Of a DNA stretch of 64,000 nucleotides, positions 21,745 through 34,739 are shown piece by piece (positions within the stretch are counted from its first letter, which is position 1; each line of letters opens with the position of its first letter). The stretch is from positions 29,388,001 to 29,452,000 of the forward strand of contig CM060733.1 in NCBI GenBank assembly GCA_030704615.1, in the 5' to 3' direction. The DNA comes from Takakia lepidozioides (lineage: Eukaryota > Plantae > Bryophyta). Made by a program: the position numbers and the translations under genes. The notes beneath the pieces are model-generated. The model was not told the origin of the DNA and made no database searches. It was given only the letters and a program-made list of their open reading frames with translations.

Positions 21745-23860
21745 GAGGTTTGCTATTTCATGAGCATGAGCGGCATGAGCGGCATGAGCGGAGTAGTAAG
21801 ACAATCGGTTTTCATGAGCAGAAGTACAAATTTCGAAAATAAAAAACAATAAAAAACAATAATTTAATGCAATGTGTCAGGAAAAACAAATATATTATTC
21901 GGCCCCTTGAAGGGAAAATTGCAGTTTTGACAGTTGTGCTCATGATATTTCGTCTTCCGCTCATGCCAGTTCCCAGCGACATGTGCAAATATGGCGCCGA
22001 ATTTCGCGGTAATAGGGTCCGTAACCTGAAAAAACGGAGACGTATTTCGCGGTAATATGTCTCTCTGGCGAAAAATGGTGCCGAATTCCGCGGCTATAGG
22101 TCCCCTCATGACAGGTAATTCGGCGCCATTTTTCCAGTGCATGTTCGGACTTAGCCAGTTTTCGACGCAAAATAGGGAAATTCGGCGCCATTTTTCCAGA
22201 CACGGTACCAGTGCATGTTGGGACTTAGCCAGTTTTCGGCCCAAAAAAGAGAAATTCGGCGCCATTTTTCCAGACACGGTACCAGTGCATGTTGGGACTT
22301 AGCCAGTTTTCGGCCCAAAAAAGAGAAATTCGGCGCCATTTTCCCAGACACAGGTACCAGTGCATGTTGGGACTTCGCTAGTTTTCGGCCCCAAAAAGAA
22401 AAACTCGGCGCCATTTTTCCAGAAATGGCCCCAAACTGCTTCTGTTGGATCTCAGTTTGAATGGAATATTGCCTCATTCCAGGAGTTTTGGGGTGCATTT
22501 CATTACACTGCAAAAAAAAGTCTGATACAGCAAAATGCAATTGAAAATATCCATATGGAGGATTCCCTTTGCCCCATCAATGATTTCTGGAATCCCTAAG
22601 GAGGAGTTTGTGCAGCTCGTTCACGCTCAACGCCGGTGCATGAATAAAGTCATCAATAGTCACGTTCATCCGTAACCTTTTCAGGTAAATGTAATACAGA
22701 TGATTGCACGGATAATACTTCGAACCCTTCTTTGCTTCCATCAACGAGAAGTCCGTACAATTGCAAGTCGGCTCCACTCCAATCGTAATTGTGTATACAT
22801 CGTCGCGTACAGCCGAGCCGGCCGTTGCCATCCGATACACACGCCCAAGGCCGGGTGGGGGTACGTCCACGGAGCTCTGAATAGTGCAAGCCATCCCAAG
22901 AGCATTGGCAATCCGAGTCTCATTCAACTTGTTGGGAGGGTGTCGTCTCTTCACTCTTCCGAATCGCATTGTGGGATGTGCAGAATTGTCCAATCCGTCT
23001 CTACTGGACCGAGCAGTCTGCAATGGCTGGGTCTGAGGAACCGGAAATGCGTGGGCCGGGATGTGAAGGTGCATTTGGCGGGCAAATGAAGTCCCCAACA
23101 GCCCTGTATATGATGTTGTCCGATGGTGGAACTCGCCATTCCCTGCCATCGCCGAAATCATTGTGGAGCACAACAATACTCTCGACAACAAGGCCGTTTG
23201 AGTCCTTCCTTTCCTCCTCCAAAAAAACCGACCCCGGTTTCAGGTGGTATCGAACGCATAGATATTCCTCCATCACCCGGCAGATGTCCCCTCTGCACGG
23301 AAATGAAGCTCTATGCTCGTGAGGAGGGCAGTACACTGTAGCGCTCGGGTTTTCCGCCATGGGAGATGTGCACACAAGACTGCCAGGATGGCGTGCGGGG
23401 AAGCTCCCTGGTAGAAGGGGGATGCAGCGAAGGGAAGGAATGCGGTGCCGATTTGTCCGAGCGACGAAGCCTGATCCAAATCCAGGGAGCCATATCTCAA
23501 AAATCCATAGTCAGAGTGTTAATGAACCTTGTCTCCGGAATGCGGCCCCTGGTCTTTGCACAATAACTGCCAACGGTATGCAGTCAGAAAGTGGGGGGCC
23601 GTCCGGATGATGATGGCTGAAGGGGAGAAGCCGGCACCGTGCCGTCACATTACTACCCCTGAATGGAAATTCGGCACCCAATATCCAACAGGGGCCGCAC
23701 GGATGAAGTCGTCTGGAGCAGAGATGCCGGCACCTGTCCGACAGAGAACATCCCCCGGACGGAAATTCAGCGCCGAATTTCCATTCGGATCCCCCCAAAG
23801 GAAGTCCACCATACAAGCTGCTGCTGCACATCGGACACTGCAGTCTTGTCACTTTTGACT
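21745..23860 (-). mobile_element. MULE copy 2, internally deleted
   Basis: 21745-23064 is nearly identical to 19306-20615 and starts at the same GAGGTTTG terminus, then switches to different sequence with AATTCGGC(A/G)CC motifs. Confidence 0.72.
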
Positions 23861-26800
23861 TCCTAGTCGGCCCATGCTGGTAAGTATGATGTTAATCATT
23901 CTTTGGTCATCAAGCAACAGAAGAGGATTTTCTTCAAACACCAGGACCTGGTTTAGGTCTGGGGTCATTATGTTACCACCTTAACAAGGTGTTTGCAAGG
24001 TAAAAAAGACATTTTAATGAAGTTCAGAAATGCTATAGTGCCAATACATGTTCAAACCCCAATGTTACACAGGTTTTGAAGTCATAACATCTGAAGAAAA
24101 GGCTGTGTTGCCAGATATCAGAGCAGCTGATATCTTCAATCCAACCTACCAAGAGTCTATAAAGCCAGTACATGTTTTTCTAAAAAAACAAAAGCTTGCT
24201 TTTAGAAGAGTAATTCTGGGTCCCCACCAGTCCATGTTTCTTGTGGAGCAGAAACAATGAGTCCTGTGTTATTTTATTGTAACCCAAAAGCCACAAACAC
24301 AACTGTATACAATCTGTAATTACAGAGTGACATGAAGAGGTAGTAGGTTACTTACCTTAGCAGATTGTATGCAAGGTAAAAAATGAAAGGGGGTTCAGAA
24401 AGCCACAGAGGTTCCATAGATTGAGCACATAAAGGCATACAGGGCTTAGTATAAACTAGATGCAAGCTCTGGCCTCTCCCCTACCGTGTTGCTTGAAAGT
24501 GTACATATCAGAGTAGCAAATCGTGCTCTAAGCATGAAAAAAGAGCATATATTTGGTCTGGAAACCCTACTTCCAGTACCATATTTCAATGCAGCGGAAA
24601 TCATAACCCAGAGTCCTTAATAGAATTCATGTGTTCTAAAAAGGCTCGCTAATGCACTTGCTGCTTCAACACAGAGATAAAGGTTGTAAGCATATCCAGA
24701 TTGGTCAAGGTAGGGAGGCAAAAATGAGACATCTCCCTGGATAATCAGCTGATGTCGATGTCACTTCACTTGCAGGTTTGTCATCAGATTCAAGCTTCAA
24801 AAATCACATTAAGTGAGGACCCTCACCTGGTCCCATCACAAGCCCCCACAAGAACCAACAGGTTAGTGAGAATTGTGGAACCCTAGGTGAATCGGGTCTC
24901 ACGCTTGTTATCGCTGTACAACATGAGTTCTAAAGCAAGAATCAATTCTAAACACAAGCAAGGTTATCCACAACCTTAATCGATTGCGGAAGAGGACTCG
25001 ACATCGCTCCAAGCACTTGACAATCAACAGCACAAACAAGCAATGGTTTGCTGAAATCTATGCGCATTTTAACAGGTGAAGAAACCCCCTGAGTTTTTAT
25101 GAGCAGTGTTGAAACTTAATGATCCAGAGAGGATCTACAAGCAATCGGGTAGCCTAAGGTAGATTGCCCGCCAAGGGAATAGGCCACCATACTGAGGGAA
25201 TTGAAGCACTGCCGCCGTTACGCATCCCAAGGGAGATGAGAAAGGACTGGAATCTTGCCAGAGTACTTGTAAGCAGCATTGAAGCGTCTCCATATCCATC
25301 AAAATCATAAAATTCATGCTAAGAGATCCCTCTGACACCATCACTTCATCTCCCGTAGAAAAAACGCACAGTGTCGTGCAAGATTTATGGCAGGAGAGGA
25401 AATATGGCAAACCATTGTGATTTCATCCATGTGGGATGAAAAATAAGGAATGAAAGGTGAATATTCCCCTGTTGTCATCGCCATGTCATCCAGCAGGGAT
25501 GACATCCTAAAATCGATGACTAGAACCTGGCATTCATTAGGGTTAGATATAAATGACCTTAATAATCCAAAGGAACAAGGTAAAAAATGATAACCAGAAT
25601 TAACATTTAATGGAATTCATCCATTATTAACTATATCCGGTATGGATGAAGATAGCAGAAAGTTAATTATAGTTTAGTAAAAAATTACCTTAGTACCAAA
25701 CCCTCTGGGTTATGGAATAAGTTACCAACAGGATCCATGTACAGAGGGAGAGAGAGAGGGAGAGAGAGGGGGAGAGGGAGAGGGAGAGGGAGAGGGAGAC
25801 AGGGTGCATGACAAAAAAAAAAAAAAAAAAAAAAGGTGGGTGCGGGGGGGGGGGGAGTGACTGAGCAGCAGAAGCTGCTCAGTCAGCCCCCCCCCCATCC
25901 TTCTTTTTTGTTTTTTTTATCCTCTCGCTCTCTCCCTCTCTCTCTCCCTCTCCCTCTCTCCATCTCTGTCCCTCTCCATCTCTCTCTCTCATGTTTTTCT
26001 TTCCATTTTGTCCCATAAGCTCGATGAGCTTCCCGCGGACGTTATAACGCACCATTTCATTTCATTTCTCTCTTCTCTCTCCCTCTGCCCCTATCCCTCT
26101 CTCTCCCTCTGTTTTGTCACTCCCCACAAAAAGGAACAAAGGAGAGAGGGAGAGGGAGAGCGCCTACCTCTGTGGCGTCGGCGCTGCTGCCTACGGCGTG
26201 TGTCCCCGCCGCCGGAAGGCCTCCCTCCCCCGCTCCACCACGCCTCTCTCTCTCTCTTGTGCTGCTGCTGCTCCCGCCTCTATGCGGCTTTCCTACCACC
26301 CAGGGGACAGAGGTGTTAGCACCCTCTTAGGGTTTGGAGAGGAAGAGTGGAAGTGAGAGAAGGAGGGAGCTTACCAGCGGGATTGGAGTGGCGCTAGGGC
26401 GTCTTTGCGTGGCGACCACCTCACGCTCAAGACGAGGTTAGTTTCTCCTCCACATTCTCCCCTACACTCTCAGCCCTGTCCCTCCCAAAGGAGAAATGAA
26501 AACGGGGGGGGGGGGGCAGGTGCTTCAAGCACTTAGAAAAAAAAAAAGGCGCGGCGCCGATCTGCCACGCCTGGCCGTCACATGTCGGCGCCCCGCCTTT
26601 TTTTTTAATGTACATTGAAGCTTGCCACGCCCGGCCGTCGCAGCGTGCGACCCCCCGGCGTGGCAAGGTAAAAAAACCCGTCGCAGCCTGCGATCCCCCG
26701 GCGTGGTAGGGTCAAAAAATCCGTCGTATGATGCGACGCTGGGTAGTGGCATGAAGCATGGCAGGGCGTCGCATGCCCAGGCTCCCCCTTGTATGTTGGG

Positions 26801-27662
26801 CAAGCAGGGGGTCACTTTTTGGGGTTTAGGGTTTAGGCCCTTTTGGGGTTCATAGGTTTTGTTTTTTTGTTTTTTTTGTGTCGTGCCTTCTCAAGACAGG
26901 ACTACAGAAAGGGTTCAGCCGTATGAATGAATTGCGTGCATTTGTTTTTTTCCCCAGGCCCTTGGGCAATGTTGGACTGGTCATTTTGGGATTTTTTTTC
27001 TTCTTTATTATATATTTTTTGATACTGGGTTCTGGAGTTTGAATTTTGCAGGGTCACCAAGGCCTCCCGACGTTGGGGCGTAGCGACCCCTTGCTGTCGT
27101 AGGGTGGAAAACAAACATAGGTTTTTTTTTTCTGCCAACGAGTTTTGAGAAATGAAAGTGCTGGTTGTGTGTGTTAATTAGAATGCGATGGTGAGGAAAC
27201 ATCGACCCGTCTCCCTCGAGGATGGGGAGGCGTCGGAATCCCCTGCGTCCCAGCGGTTCTATATTACGTAGTGCACGGGAGGTCTCATGTTCATCAATGA
27301 CCACAATGTGATTTGTGAATATGATATTAATTTTTTCTGTTCCTATCTCAATTATATTTCAAAATCAGAGCTGAAAATCTTTAGCCAATTTCTTGAAGGT
27401 GTAGCACTTGCATTGATTGCTAATATATGATCTGGTTTCGTGGATTGTACTCGTTTCATGCACAAAGTGCACGGGAGATCTCCCTTACTCAATTGCTATA
27501 TGATTATCGAAAGTTATTTTTTCAATAATAATTCCCAAAAGTTGAACTTTATTGTATTAAAGTTGATTTTAATACAATTTTAATACAATTTTTTAATCAC
27601 TTTATGCTATTTATGAAAAGTCCAGATTTCATGTTTTAGTCCAGATCTAGTTAAAACCTAGT

Positions 27663-28450
27663 TCAGTCCTCCAACTCCATGGCCAATACTGCCCCAAACA
27701 GTTTAGCCAGTAATGAAGACACCATACTGGTGCGATAGTTGGTCGGTGCGAGCCTGTCACCGCTCTTGGAGAAGGGGTGGATGATGCTCTTTGTCCACTC
27801 TATAGGAAAACCATGTTGCATTGCGCCCTCATTGAAGAGGTGAGCCATAAATGGGTCCAAAAGTGGGTGTCGCGTGCTAGATGAATTCACCGGCCTGTAG
27901 CCCTGAAATATCCAATGCCATGGCATTTTGCAGCTTCTTTATTGCCTTGCTGACATTGGCTGTAGTAAAGAGAGAGAAGTATAGGGGTTTAGAGGTTATG
28001 GGAGATGGAGTTTGGCTTGGGGAATGGTACAATGACTGGGCATACTCATGACGGTGAGTCTGTTCGCATGTGGAGGCCACTGTGTGGAGATGCAACCGGG
28101 GCAAAGTAACATCCCATAGAATGTTTGGTTGGGGATTGTAGCCTTTGAGGTGACACCAAATGTACCTTGCCAATGGGTTTTTGTATGAAATGAGATATGT
28201 GGGAGAAGCTAGTAAAAAAAGTAACAAGCTACTCCACCAGAGCCTTTGAGTCTTGTGCGTGGATGAGTCACTGACTGAAAGCTATATCCGAGAATAGATG
28301 GAGGGTCCTTGCCTTCGTATGCATGTGTTTCCAAGAAAAAAAGAATATCACACTTGGAGAGGATATCGAGAAGCCCTTGAGGATGGCTCCACAAAGAGCC
28401 GTTGCAGTTCCATGAGCCTACGTTTAGATTTGGTCTCATAGGGCCCCAAC
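27663..28450 (-). mobile_element. LINE ORF2 fragment (APE endonuclease start plus RT N-terminus, internally deleted)
   Basis: NVGSWNCNG, DILFFLETH and GSGGVA, then WTKSIIHPFSKSGD..PTNYRT..LLAKLF. Confidence 0.85.
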
Positions 28451-30337
28451 CCCTATTTAGAGTTAGAGGGGCGACGCTTTTGTTTTCTGATGATCATAAC
28501 TCTACCATCTCGGTACACCGTGTAGTGTCCCTGTGCCCGAGCCTGTTTAACTTGCGAGTTGAGCCCGCATGGCATTGTACTGCATGGGGGTCAAATCCTC
28601 ATTCAAATACATGTCGTGGGCTCTAAATTGAGGCCTCTGACGTAGAACCCTCTCCCGAGCACCCTTGTCCCTAAATCTGATGAACAAGACTTTGTGCTAT
28701 GAAGTTCCTGCATGCACAACTCAGCCTTAGATTTGTCTTTCTAAGTTGTGTCTATGACGCCAATTTACTACAACTTCATCTGCATCAATGGGGGGAGCGC
28801 ATAGCACTAACGGAGCTGCCAGTAGGTAGGGATGGAGTCTTTCCATCCAATTCGTGAGTTGAAAATCTGCCTACAGAAGACATTGTCTTTTCCCCAAGAG
28901 TCATTCGAAGGTTGCAAGCAACCGGGTTCTCCTTATATTGTCGCATTTGGGAAGAGCTCATGTCACAAGTACAAACCAGGATTTGCGAGCCTCAGACATT
29001 AGGCCTGAGTGAGCCAAGTACAACACCTTATGTAACACAATGGATAGCATTTTGAAAGACTACTACACACCTCATTTTCCAAATATGCTAGACTACAGTT
29101 CCTCTTAGCGATTCCCAAACTGGACGAGCAAAAAATGTTCCCTTTTCTGATGGTCAGTAGCAAAGAAAGAGTAGATCAGTAGTTTAGATTCGGGGTCTAT
29201 AAAGAATACTAGTCTTTCTCCAAACCGCATCTGCAAAAGTCACTAGGCAATGTTCTATATCTTCTGGAGAATGCAGATTGTAGGTAGTACAATTAGAAGG
29301 AGCATCAGAAAAGAGAGCGCCAACATGAATGATTCTGTTAGCTATCTTCCATCGAAATACATCAATCTTAGATGATCTGTGCTTCTTCCAGATATCTCCC
29401 TAGACAGGTTTCCAAGGGATAGGATGTCCTGGTACAAGAGCCCATTTGTTGGTCCATTTGCGTTCAAAGATCCGCTTTGGCATAGGCAGAATGTAACCCA
29501 GTCTCATTGAATAGCTTAAGACTGGTCATGGTTTTTCCGAATCCATTCTCCAGGGTCAAACTGCAGCAGTCTCAAGGGAGCAGATAGAACCAGTGAAATG
29601 AGCGATTATAGTGACGTAGCTCAGCAGCCGATGGAAGCGGATTCAGTTTACCCGAGATCGAGCAGAATGTTAGATTTATCAAATACAAATATTAATATAA
29701 ACATAATACCTATAGTATGAGCTCTCTCCTAACCATAGAAGACATTCTAAAAACAAATGCCTCATCCCTGAACTCGTCTCTTACATGAAGGTCTAGTACT
29801 GAAGTGGTTGTAACTACCAGTTCACTTATTATTGACTCATTAACCTACTGAATGAACTCATCCTCTAACACTACCACTTAGGTTGTTGGTAAGTGCAGCA
29901 CCATTTAATGTATCACTCAAAGTTGATAATGAGAAGACATCAGTCCAAGTTTAGTCTAGAGGTGATCAATCTCTCAATAGCTATTAACTGGAAATTAATG
30001 TCATGGACATTAATCTTCAAGTAATTCTAAGAGGGTTCCATATGAAAGGACTACCGCTCAAAGTCCGGTGACACATTTCTCATGCTTGAACTTGGTCAAT
30101 GATTTTGTAAATATATCAGCAATATTATTTTCAGTAGTGCAATAATGTAACTTCAGAAATCCTCCCCTGTTGCATTTAAAAATAATAATAATGCGGACAA
30201 CATAATTACGGTAAATTTGAATACCCAAGATATAATGAACCGGACCATTATCAGTCATTCCATAAGTGGATTTTAGCTTATTTTTTGTGTCCAAGAGTAA
30301 ACCAGAATTATCAGAAAATAATAGAGCATCATCCACA

Positions 30338-30526
30338 TGTCGTACGCATACATATCGCTACACAACTACATCGTTGTCCAAAACCACACAACACATGTGC
30401 ACGCCACACACTAGTATATCACTAGTCCATCACTAGTCCAGCCACTAGTCCAACCACTAGGCTACAACTAGTCAGTCACTAGGCTGGCACTATGCTGCCC
30501 ATTATGGCAGTCACTAGTCCACACAA
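30338..30526 (-). repeat. Repeat Y, outer copy (3' terminus of copy B)
   Basis: Near-identical to 30856-31043; rich in CACTAG motifs. Confidence 0.95.
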
Positions 30527-30853
30527 TGATAAAGAAAAAGAATACAAGCACAAGCTCATGCGAGCTCACAAAGCTGAAGCATAAACTCATGCATATATAA
30601 CCTCATCACTCAAATACAAGTCAAGCCAAATGCACCCCACGCCATGGGGAATCCACACTACGACGTCATAGCTAGGCGCGGTGAGGCTCAACTCGAAAAA
30701 GATGAGCCTCCCGCGCTTGCCGTGAAGATAACCACTCCAGGGCCTAAATCTGCCTTGACCCCTAGATTGACACTTGGGCAAATCCCAAATGTCAATATGT
30801 AAAAACTAGCTATTTCCTAGCTAGTTTCACACTAGTGGTAAAATAACTTGACA
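30527..30853 (-). repeat. Repeat X, internal 3' copy
   Basis: 327 bp, about ten substitutions (counted by eye) relative to 41405-41731. Confidence 0.95.
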
Positions 30854-30855
30854 GT

Positions 30856-31043
30856 TGTCGTGCGCATACATATCGCTACACAACTACATCGTTGTCCAAA
30901 ACCACACAACACATGTGCACGCCACACACTAGTATATCACTAGTCCATCACTAGTCCATCACTAGTCCAACCACTAGGCTACAACTAGTCAGTCACTAGG
31001 CTGCCACTATGCTGCCCATTATGGCAGTCACTAGTCCACACAA
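30856..31043 (-). repeat. Repeat Y, inner copy, directly downstream of a polypurine tract
   Basis: Near-identical to 30338-30526. The minus strand reads AGGGGGGCGA (31044-31053) then TTGTGTGG. Confidence 0.95.
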
Positions 31044-31302
31044 TCGCCCCCCTAGCTGGTGCTTAGGTCCCTCTAAGTCCAGGTAGCCACAAGATGTGAT
31101 AGTGACCATAGCCTCACTAAGTCTTCCACCACTATCCCTACTACACTCAAACTCGATAGATCAAGAGGCCGGGTGCAAGAGTTGCCCCATCGTTAGTCGC
31201 CGTCTTGCAACCTATGAACTTGAGCTTGGGATCTCATGTATTAACTCCTATGAGCTTGGCCTCCCATGTCTTGTTAGCTGCCTCCAGTCATGTCCATTGC
31301 CA

Positions 31303-31446
31303 CTATCCCAAGTAGTGTGGACACAACCAATCTCCGTCAGGAACCTTCTCAAGAGGTGGAGTTAAGCATCCCATATGCCAACCCCTTGAGCATCGATCAC
31401 ACGCCAGCATGGTGGCTGCCCCTTTGGCAAACCCACAGAGCATGCA
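31303..31446 (-). pseudogene. PHD finger at the integrase C-terminus
   Basis: Manual translation: CMLCGFAKGAATMLACDRCSRGWHMGCLTPPLEKVPDGDWLCPHY*. This is a C4HC3 pattern with the last Cys changed to Tyr; it is not in the ORF track. Confidence 0.9.
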
Positions 31447-31544
31447 CCTCAAACCTGCAGGTGCCACTGCCAAGTTTGGGTCAACTCTGCCATCGACATT
31501 GGGAAGATGACATGGCGCACAATTACGAACATGGTCCTTTTAAG

Positions 31545-33491
31545 TCATGCCATCCGACCCTCCAAGATCAGGACCCCTGAGGGCAACACCTCTCGAACCC
31601 TCAGAATAACACGCCCTGCAGTAACATCCAGAGTCGTAGGAGCAGTCTGCTGCAAATAAACATAGTCACCAGGGCTAAACCTCCGAACCCCAGGACGATA
31701 TCCTCCACCACGTATAGTGGCATACCTCAACGTATCACGGTGCTGTGCAATGGCAAGGTTATCAAAAGCCATGGGCATGACTTTCTTGAACAACTTTGCA
31801 CGCTGATCACATGCACGTACCGACACGTCCGGATCGTCAAGGTTAAGGACTTGAGCAGTGTCCCTACGAATGGCTGCAGGCAAATCCGGCTCTCAGCCAA
31901 ATAGAAGGAAATATGGTGAGAAGGAGGCAAGTGATGCTTGTTTGCTGAACCTGTAGCCCATGGCTAACCAATGAACCTGAAGATCCCAATCTCCTAGGTG
32001 TCCCTTCTGCAAGCCATACTTGCGCAAACCCCTCTTCACCGTCTGAACAACTCTCTCTGCTAAGCCATCGGCCTCAGGATGATCCCGAGAAGTGGTGCGG
32101 TGGTTTATCAAGGCTTTATCACACAAAGCCTGAAACTCCCCCAAGAACTCTCTCCCTTGGTCCATGAGTACCTCAGCTGGAGCACCAAATCGGCTAAGTA
32201 CACGATCCAAGAATGCATACGTAGCCCCCTCACTAGCCTTGTCAGGCAATGGAACCAACTCAATCCACTTGGAGAAGTGCTCCACCATCACCAACACATA
32301 TCTGTGGTGGCGCATAGTCAGTGGCAACGGTCCTGCGAAGTCAAGACTCCACCTGTAGCCCAATCCCATGATTGGTAAAGGATGCAACTGTGGTGTAGGG
32401 GTGTTGAATGAAGCACGCACCCTGTCACACACCATGCACCTAGCCACGAACTGTTGCACCTCTCTATGCATACCACGCCACCAATACTGCCCTTGCAGTA
32501 AACTGTGAGTACGTCGCACTCCAAAATGCCCCAACTCCTCATGGGCATGCCGCACTAACCGTGCACGCTGTGTGGGGTGAGGCACAATCCTCACCCGACC
32601 ATCCTCCCACACTCGAAGTAGGTGTATCCCCTCCCACTTGAACCTCTTGGCTCGTTGCAGGATCCGATCCCTCTCCCTGGCAGTCACAATGGCTGCCGTG
32701 TCTCCCGTGCGGAGGTAGTCCAACACAGCCGAATCCTCATGTATATCTCTGGCACCACCTGGCTCATCACTAGCCTCAGGGTCCTCAGACACTCCGTCTA
32801 CAGTCATCCCTGTTGTAGGTCCAACCTGACCTCCCGATGCCAAGATACACAAAAATGCAGATGCGTGCCATCCCGGCACCATCTCCTCGTCCGTCTCACC
32901 ATGCCACCGAGCTCCAGTGTCATCTTGCTGGCTCATGCATGGATTGCGACTCAATCCATCCGCATCTCGATTGACCAAACCCAGTCGATGCACAACCTGA
33001 AAGTCATACTCCTGGAGTATGAGCGCCCACCGTGCAAGCTTCCCCGTAAGCTTGTCTGACTCCATCAACCACTTGAGTGGCTGGTGATCTGTGACAAGGG
33101 TGAAAAGATTGTTGTATAGATAGCACCTGAAGTGTGCCACGGCCCACACTGCAGCTAAGCACTCTCCCTCATATGAGCTGTACTTAGCCTCTACAGCGTT
33201 GTTTGAGCGGCTAGCATAAGCCACTACGAACTCTTCTCCCTCATCATCCACCTGTGTGAGCACCGCTCCAAGCCCCAGCATGCTCCAATCCGTATGCAGC
33301 TGAAAGGGACGCCCCCTGATAGGTCGTCTCAGGATAGGTGCCGAGGTCAACCTCGCCTTGAGCTCTTGAAAAGCTCGTTCCTGCTCATCTTCCCACTGCC
33401 ACTCCTGGTCCACCTTGGTCAGCTTGGTTAGAGCCTTTGCAATGGTACTAAATCCCTTGACAAACCGTCTATAATAGTTTGCCAACCCCAT
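31545..33491 (-). CDS. RT connection, RNase H and DDE integrase of copy B
   Basis: GLANYYRRFVKGFS, LHTDWS, YEGECLA, TDHQPL, NRDADGLSR, H-H-C-C finger (HEELGH...CMVC), WSLDFAGPLP, DQGREF, DGLAERVVQ, FSPGDYVYL. Confidence 0.95.
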
Positions 33492-34300
33492 GAAAGCTCG
33501 AACTCAGCTCACATCCGTGGGGCGTGGAATTTGTGCAATGGCCTCTACCTTAGTCTGCTATACCCCCAATCCTCCTGGATATATCATGTGACCTAGATGC
33601 TCAATCTGGTTGTGGAAAAACTTGCACTTCCCCGGATGCAACTTCAATCCGTGCGCTCTCAAGCGCTCCAATACCACCTGAAGGTGTCTCTCATGCTCCT
33701 CCATCGTAACACTAAAGATGATGATGTCATCTATGTAGCACCGAGCAAAGTCCACCCCTGCTAGAATCCTATCCATGACTCTCTGAAACTCTGCAGGAGC
33801 ATTCTTAAGCCCAAATGGTAAGAACCGCCACTGATATAGGCAATCATTGCCATGCTCATTGATCCCCTAGAATGCCGTCTTCTGCTTGTCCGCCTCTTTG
33901 ATTGGCAACTGGTGATATCCGGATCATAAATCCAAAGTGCTAAAGACCTTAGCATGCCCGATGGCATCAAAGATCTCCTCTGGTGTTGGCATGACATACT
34001 TATCGGACTTGGTCTGACAATTTACAGGCCGGTAATCACCGCACATACGTCTCTCTGTCCAATTGCCATAGACATCCTTCTTGGCTGGCATCACTGTGGC
34101 TGAAGCATACTCTCCACCAGAGAGCTCCACCAAACCTGCCTCCCAGAGATCTTGAGTCCTCATCTGAATCAAAGACCTCTCCATGTCACTGTATCTATAG
34201 GGTCTCCGAAAGATTGGCGTGTCAGTGGCCAACTCAATATGGATCTCTTGACCCTTCAGTGCTCCCAAGTCCTTCAAACTGAAGGCAAAGCAATTCCTGT
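33492..34300 (-). pseudogene. Gypsy reverse transcriptase of copy B (nonsense mutations)
   Basis: RMCGDYRPVN, FSTLDL, LPFGLKNAP, CYIDDIIIFS, LKLHPGKCKF, with in-frame stops. Confidence 0.93.
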
Positions 34301-34739
34301 AAGCCCTTAGGAACCGCCGTATATGTCGTCTCTCTCCTCCGGTGACAATGGGTCCAATGTCAGGCTCCCAATTGTCCTCCGTAACTGCAACCTTAAGTCC
34401 AGTGGGCTTAGAGGTAGAGGACGCGTCCAGTGGTTGCTATGTTGCAACCTCTTGAGCAGTACTCCCTACCTGCTCAGTCAGTGACAAGGCCTCATCCTGC
34501 CCCATCATCTCATCCTCAAGGACTTCCTCCACCCGAGAAAAATCCCCAACCTCATCTTTCATCGCCACCTTGGCTGCCAACTCCCTCTGAACCTCGAGCA
34601 CCTCCCACGTGTGCCATGGATACATGCACCCCGTGGTCCTCACATGCTCGCCCCCACTCACTGCCTGTACCGTCTCGGTAGGCAGAGAGACCATCGAGGG
34701 AAGTGTACTCCGCACTCTGCGTTGCTCAGCCATAGCCAA

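Noticed and set aside
19660-22425. 74-bp arrays or the 20-bp palindromes as CRISPR arrays
   Set aside because: No unique spacers or regular spacing, no cas genes, and a eukaryotic TE context.
24750-25730. Possible solo LTR
   Set aside because: No matching TSD or second copy could be found.
26822-26837. Interstitial telomere repeat
   Set aside because: Only about two TTTAGGG units.
26871-26885. Possible right TIR of the CACTA element
   Set aside because: Three mismatches in 13 bp, including within the CACTA core, and no matching 3-bp TSD.
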